64,000 nucleotides of DNA, taken from the NCBI GenBank assembly GCA_030390025.1, contig CM059446.1, positions 11,222,001-11,286,000 of the forward strand, written 5' to 3'. The position numbers and the translations under genes are program-made. The notes below the pieces were generated by a model. It saw only the letters and a list, made by a program, of their open reading frames with translations, made no database searches and was not told the origin of the DNA. This stretch comes from Squalus acanthias. Taxonomy: Eukaryota. Below, in pieces: positions 61,462-64,000 of this stretch; position 1 is the stretch's first letter; each line of letters opens with the position of its first letter.

Positions 61462-61629
61462 TCCTTGACCCAGGGGCAGGGAACCTAATGGTAGCAATCC
61501 TAGCTTAGATCAGCTAACTCAGCGCAGTCTCGAAGTCTTCTGGTCTGTATGAGAATGGAACCAACAGCATGTAGAGTATTTATCAGCTGAGCTCTCTCCC
61601 ATTGTTGTAAATGCAAATTCTCTTTCAGT

Positions 61630-62080
61630 ATCAGCTGTGGCTCAGTTGGTAGCCCCTTCACCTCTGAGTCAGAAAGTTGTGGGTTCATAATCCCACTCCA
61701 GGGACTTGAGCACAAAATAAATCTAGGCTGACACTCCGGTGGAGTGCTGCACTGTCAAAGGTGCCGTCTTTCATATGAGACGTTAAACCGAGGCCCTGTT
61801 TGCTCTCTCAGGTGGATGCATTATTTTGAAGAAGAGTAGAGGAGTTATCCCTGGTGTCCTGGCCAATATTTACCCCTCAATCAACATCACTAAAACAGAT
61901 TATCTGGTCATTATCACATTGCGGTTTGTGGGAGCTTGCTGTGCGCAAATTGGCTTCGGCATTTCCTACATTACAACAGTGACTACATTTCAAAAAGTAC
62001 TTCATTGGCTGTAAAGCGCTTTGGGATGTCCGGTGGTGGTGAAAGGCACGATAGAAATACAAGTCTTTCTTTTTTTTTCT
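61630..62080 (+). mobile_element. Full-length Deu-domain SINE
   Basis: TGGCTCAGTTGG A-box, GGGTTCATAATCCC B-box, Deu body, CTTT tail. Confidence 0.9.
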
Positions 62081-62157
62081 TTCATCCTTAACTAAATCAT
62101 TAATATCAGAGATTGAACTATTGACAGCCTGGTTATTAAAAATACAAAAAACCTTTT

Positions 62158-63927
62158 ACAAAAGCAAAATACTGCGGATGCTGGAAATCTGAAATAAAAA
62201 CAGAAAATGCTGGAAATACTCAGCAGGTCAGGCAGCATCTGTGGAGAGAGAAACAGAGTTAACGTTTCAGGTCGATGACCCTTCGTCAGAACTGGAAAAA
62301 GTTAGAGATGTAACAGGTTTTTAAGCAAGTGCAGGGGCAGGGAGAGGGGGGAGGGGAGGAAAGAACAAAAGGGAAGGTCTGTAATAGGATGGAAGGCAGG
62401 AGAGATTAAGATACAAAAGGGATGATGGTGCGAGGCAAAAGGAGATGGTAATGGGACAAGTTAAGAAACAAAAGATGACTCTAGATGAAGTGTAAATGGC
62501 AATGGCAGAATCACCGACAGCTGCCATGTGAGAGAGAAAAAAAATAAGGGCCGAGGTTATGGTCTGAAATTGTTGAACTCGATGTTGAGTCCAGAAGGCT
62601 GTAAAGTGCCTAATCGAAAGATGAGGTGCTGTTCCTCGAGCTTACATTGAGCTTCATTGGATCAGTGTAAGAGGCTGAGGACGGAGAGGTCAGAGTGGGA
62701 GTGGAGCGGAGAATTAAAGTGAAAGGCGACCGGAAGCTCAGGGTCACGCTTACGGACTGAATGGAGGTGTTCCGCAAAGCGGTCACCCAATCTACATTTG
62801 GTCTCCCCAATGTAGAGGAGATCGCATCGTGAGCATTGAATACAGTATACTAATTTGCAAGAAGTACAAGTAAATCGCTGTTTTACCTGGAAGGAGTGTT
62901 TGGGGCCCTGGACAATGGGAAGGGAGGAGGTAAAAAGGCAGGTGTTGCATCTCCTGCACTTGCACGGGAAGGTGCCGTGGGAAGGAGAAGAGGTGTTGGG
63001 GGTGGGATCACGCTGGAGGTGGCGGAAATGGCAGAGGATGATCCGTTGAATGTGGAGGCTGGTGGGGTGAAAGGTGAGGACAAGGGGAACCCTATCGTGG
63101 TTCTGGGAGGGAGGGGAAGGGGTGAGAGCAGAAGTGCGGGAAATAGAACGGACACAGTCAAGGGCCGTGTCAACCACAGTAGAGGGGAATCCTTGGTTGA
63201 GGAAAAAGGAAGACATGTCGGAAGCACTGGTATGGAAGGTGGCATCGTCAGAGCCGATGCGGCAGAGACGGAGAAACTGGGAGAATGGAATAGAGTCCTT
63301 ACAGGAAGCGGGGTGGGAGGAAGTATAATCCAGGTAGCTGTGGGAGTCAGTGGGCTTGTAGTGAATGTTTGTCGATAGCCTATCCTCAGAAATGGCGACA
63401 GAGAAGTCGAGGAAGGGAAGGGAAGAGTTGGAGATGGACCATGTGAAGGTGAGGGAAGGGTGGAAATTGGAAGCAAAGTGAATGAAATTTTCTCGTTCAG
63501 GGCGAGAGCAGGAAACGGCACCGATACAGTCATCAATGTACCGGAAAAAGAGGTGAGGGAGGGGACCTGAGTAGGACTGGAACAAAGAATGTTCCACATA
63601 TCCCATGAAAAGGCAGGCATAGCTAGGACCCATGCGGGTTCCCATAGCAACACCTTTGATTTGGAGGAAATGAGTGGAGTCAAGGGAGAAGTTGTTCAAT
63701 GTGAGAACAAATTCAGCCAGGCGGAGGAGGGTGGTGGTGGATGGGGACTGGTTGGGCCTCTGTTCAAGGGAAAAGCGGAGCGCCCTCAGGCCGTCCTGGT
63801 GGAGGATGGAGGTGTAGAGGATTGGACATCCATAGTGAAAAGGAGACGGTTGGGGCTAGGAAACTGGAAACTGTTAAAGTGGTGGAAGGCATCGGAAGAG
63901 TTGCGTATGTAAGTGGGAAGAGACCAT
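62158..63927 (-). mobile_element. Penelope-like element (Neptune-type), family A, 5'-truncated
   Basis: RT and GIY-YIG ORF followed by pLTR 62158-62556 with a hammerhead motif at about 62257-62293. Confidence 0.93.
62557..63830 (-). pseudogene. Penelope RT and GIY-YIG endonuclease, decayed
   Basis: GVAMGTRMGPSYACLFMG, RYIDD, LPFLD, YKPTDSHSYL, Cys linker PCKCRRCNTC, VYCIQCSRC..LYIGET..LGDRF.EH; premature TGA at 62662, native TAA at 62557, 1-nt frameshift near 63820. Confidence 0.9.
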
Positions 63928-64000
63928 GATGGCCGCTTCTTCCTTGAACAGAGGCTCTTGAAAACTCAATGAAAGGAATAATGGAACAATTCTTACAATC

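Noticed and set aside
62883-63683. 266-aa Pro/Ser-rich ORF
   Set aside because: Alternative frame of the C-rich Penelope coding strand.

Overview
Eukaryotic, repeat-dominated DNA. The repeat inventory (SacSINE1/AmnSINE1-like Deu-domain SINEs, many CR1 and L2 3' ends, RTE, Neptune-type Penelope-like elements) points to a cartilaginous fish such as a shark; this is an inference from repeat families. I found no supportable host protein-coding exon, tRNA, rRNA or CRISPR array. Every recognisable ORF is a retrotransposon remnant: CR1 RT at 21986-23221 and 36026-36937, an RTE C-terminus at about 44990-45361, and Penelope RT plus GIY-YIG at 62662-63699. The most striking signal is a dense population of about 17 short insertions from two Penelope-like families. 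Both carry a minimal type-I hammerhead ribozyme motif in the pseudo-LTR. Many inserted as fold-back or palindromic units with 9-14 bp target-site duplications, including a spacer-less perfect 168-bp palindrome and a perfect 183-bp inverted repeat. One such unit appears re-copied 8 kb away together with 185 bp of its flank, with its core flipped relative to that flank. Also present are Harbinger-like and hAT-like MITEs with visible TIRs and TSDs, several three-layer nested insertions, an old unnamed SINE family, and repeat-free blocks that may be conserved non-coding elements. Repeat boundaries were read by eye and are approximate unless a TSD is quoted.
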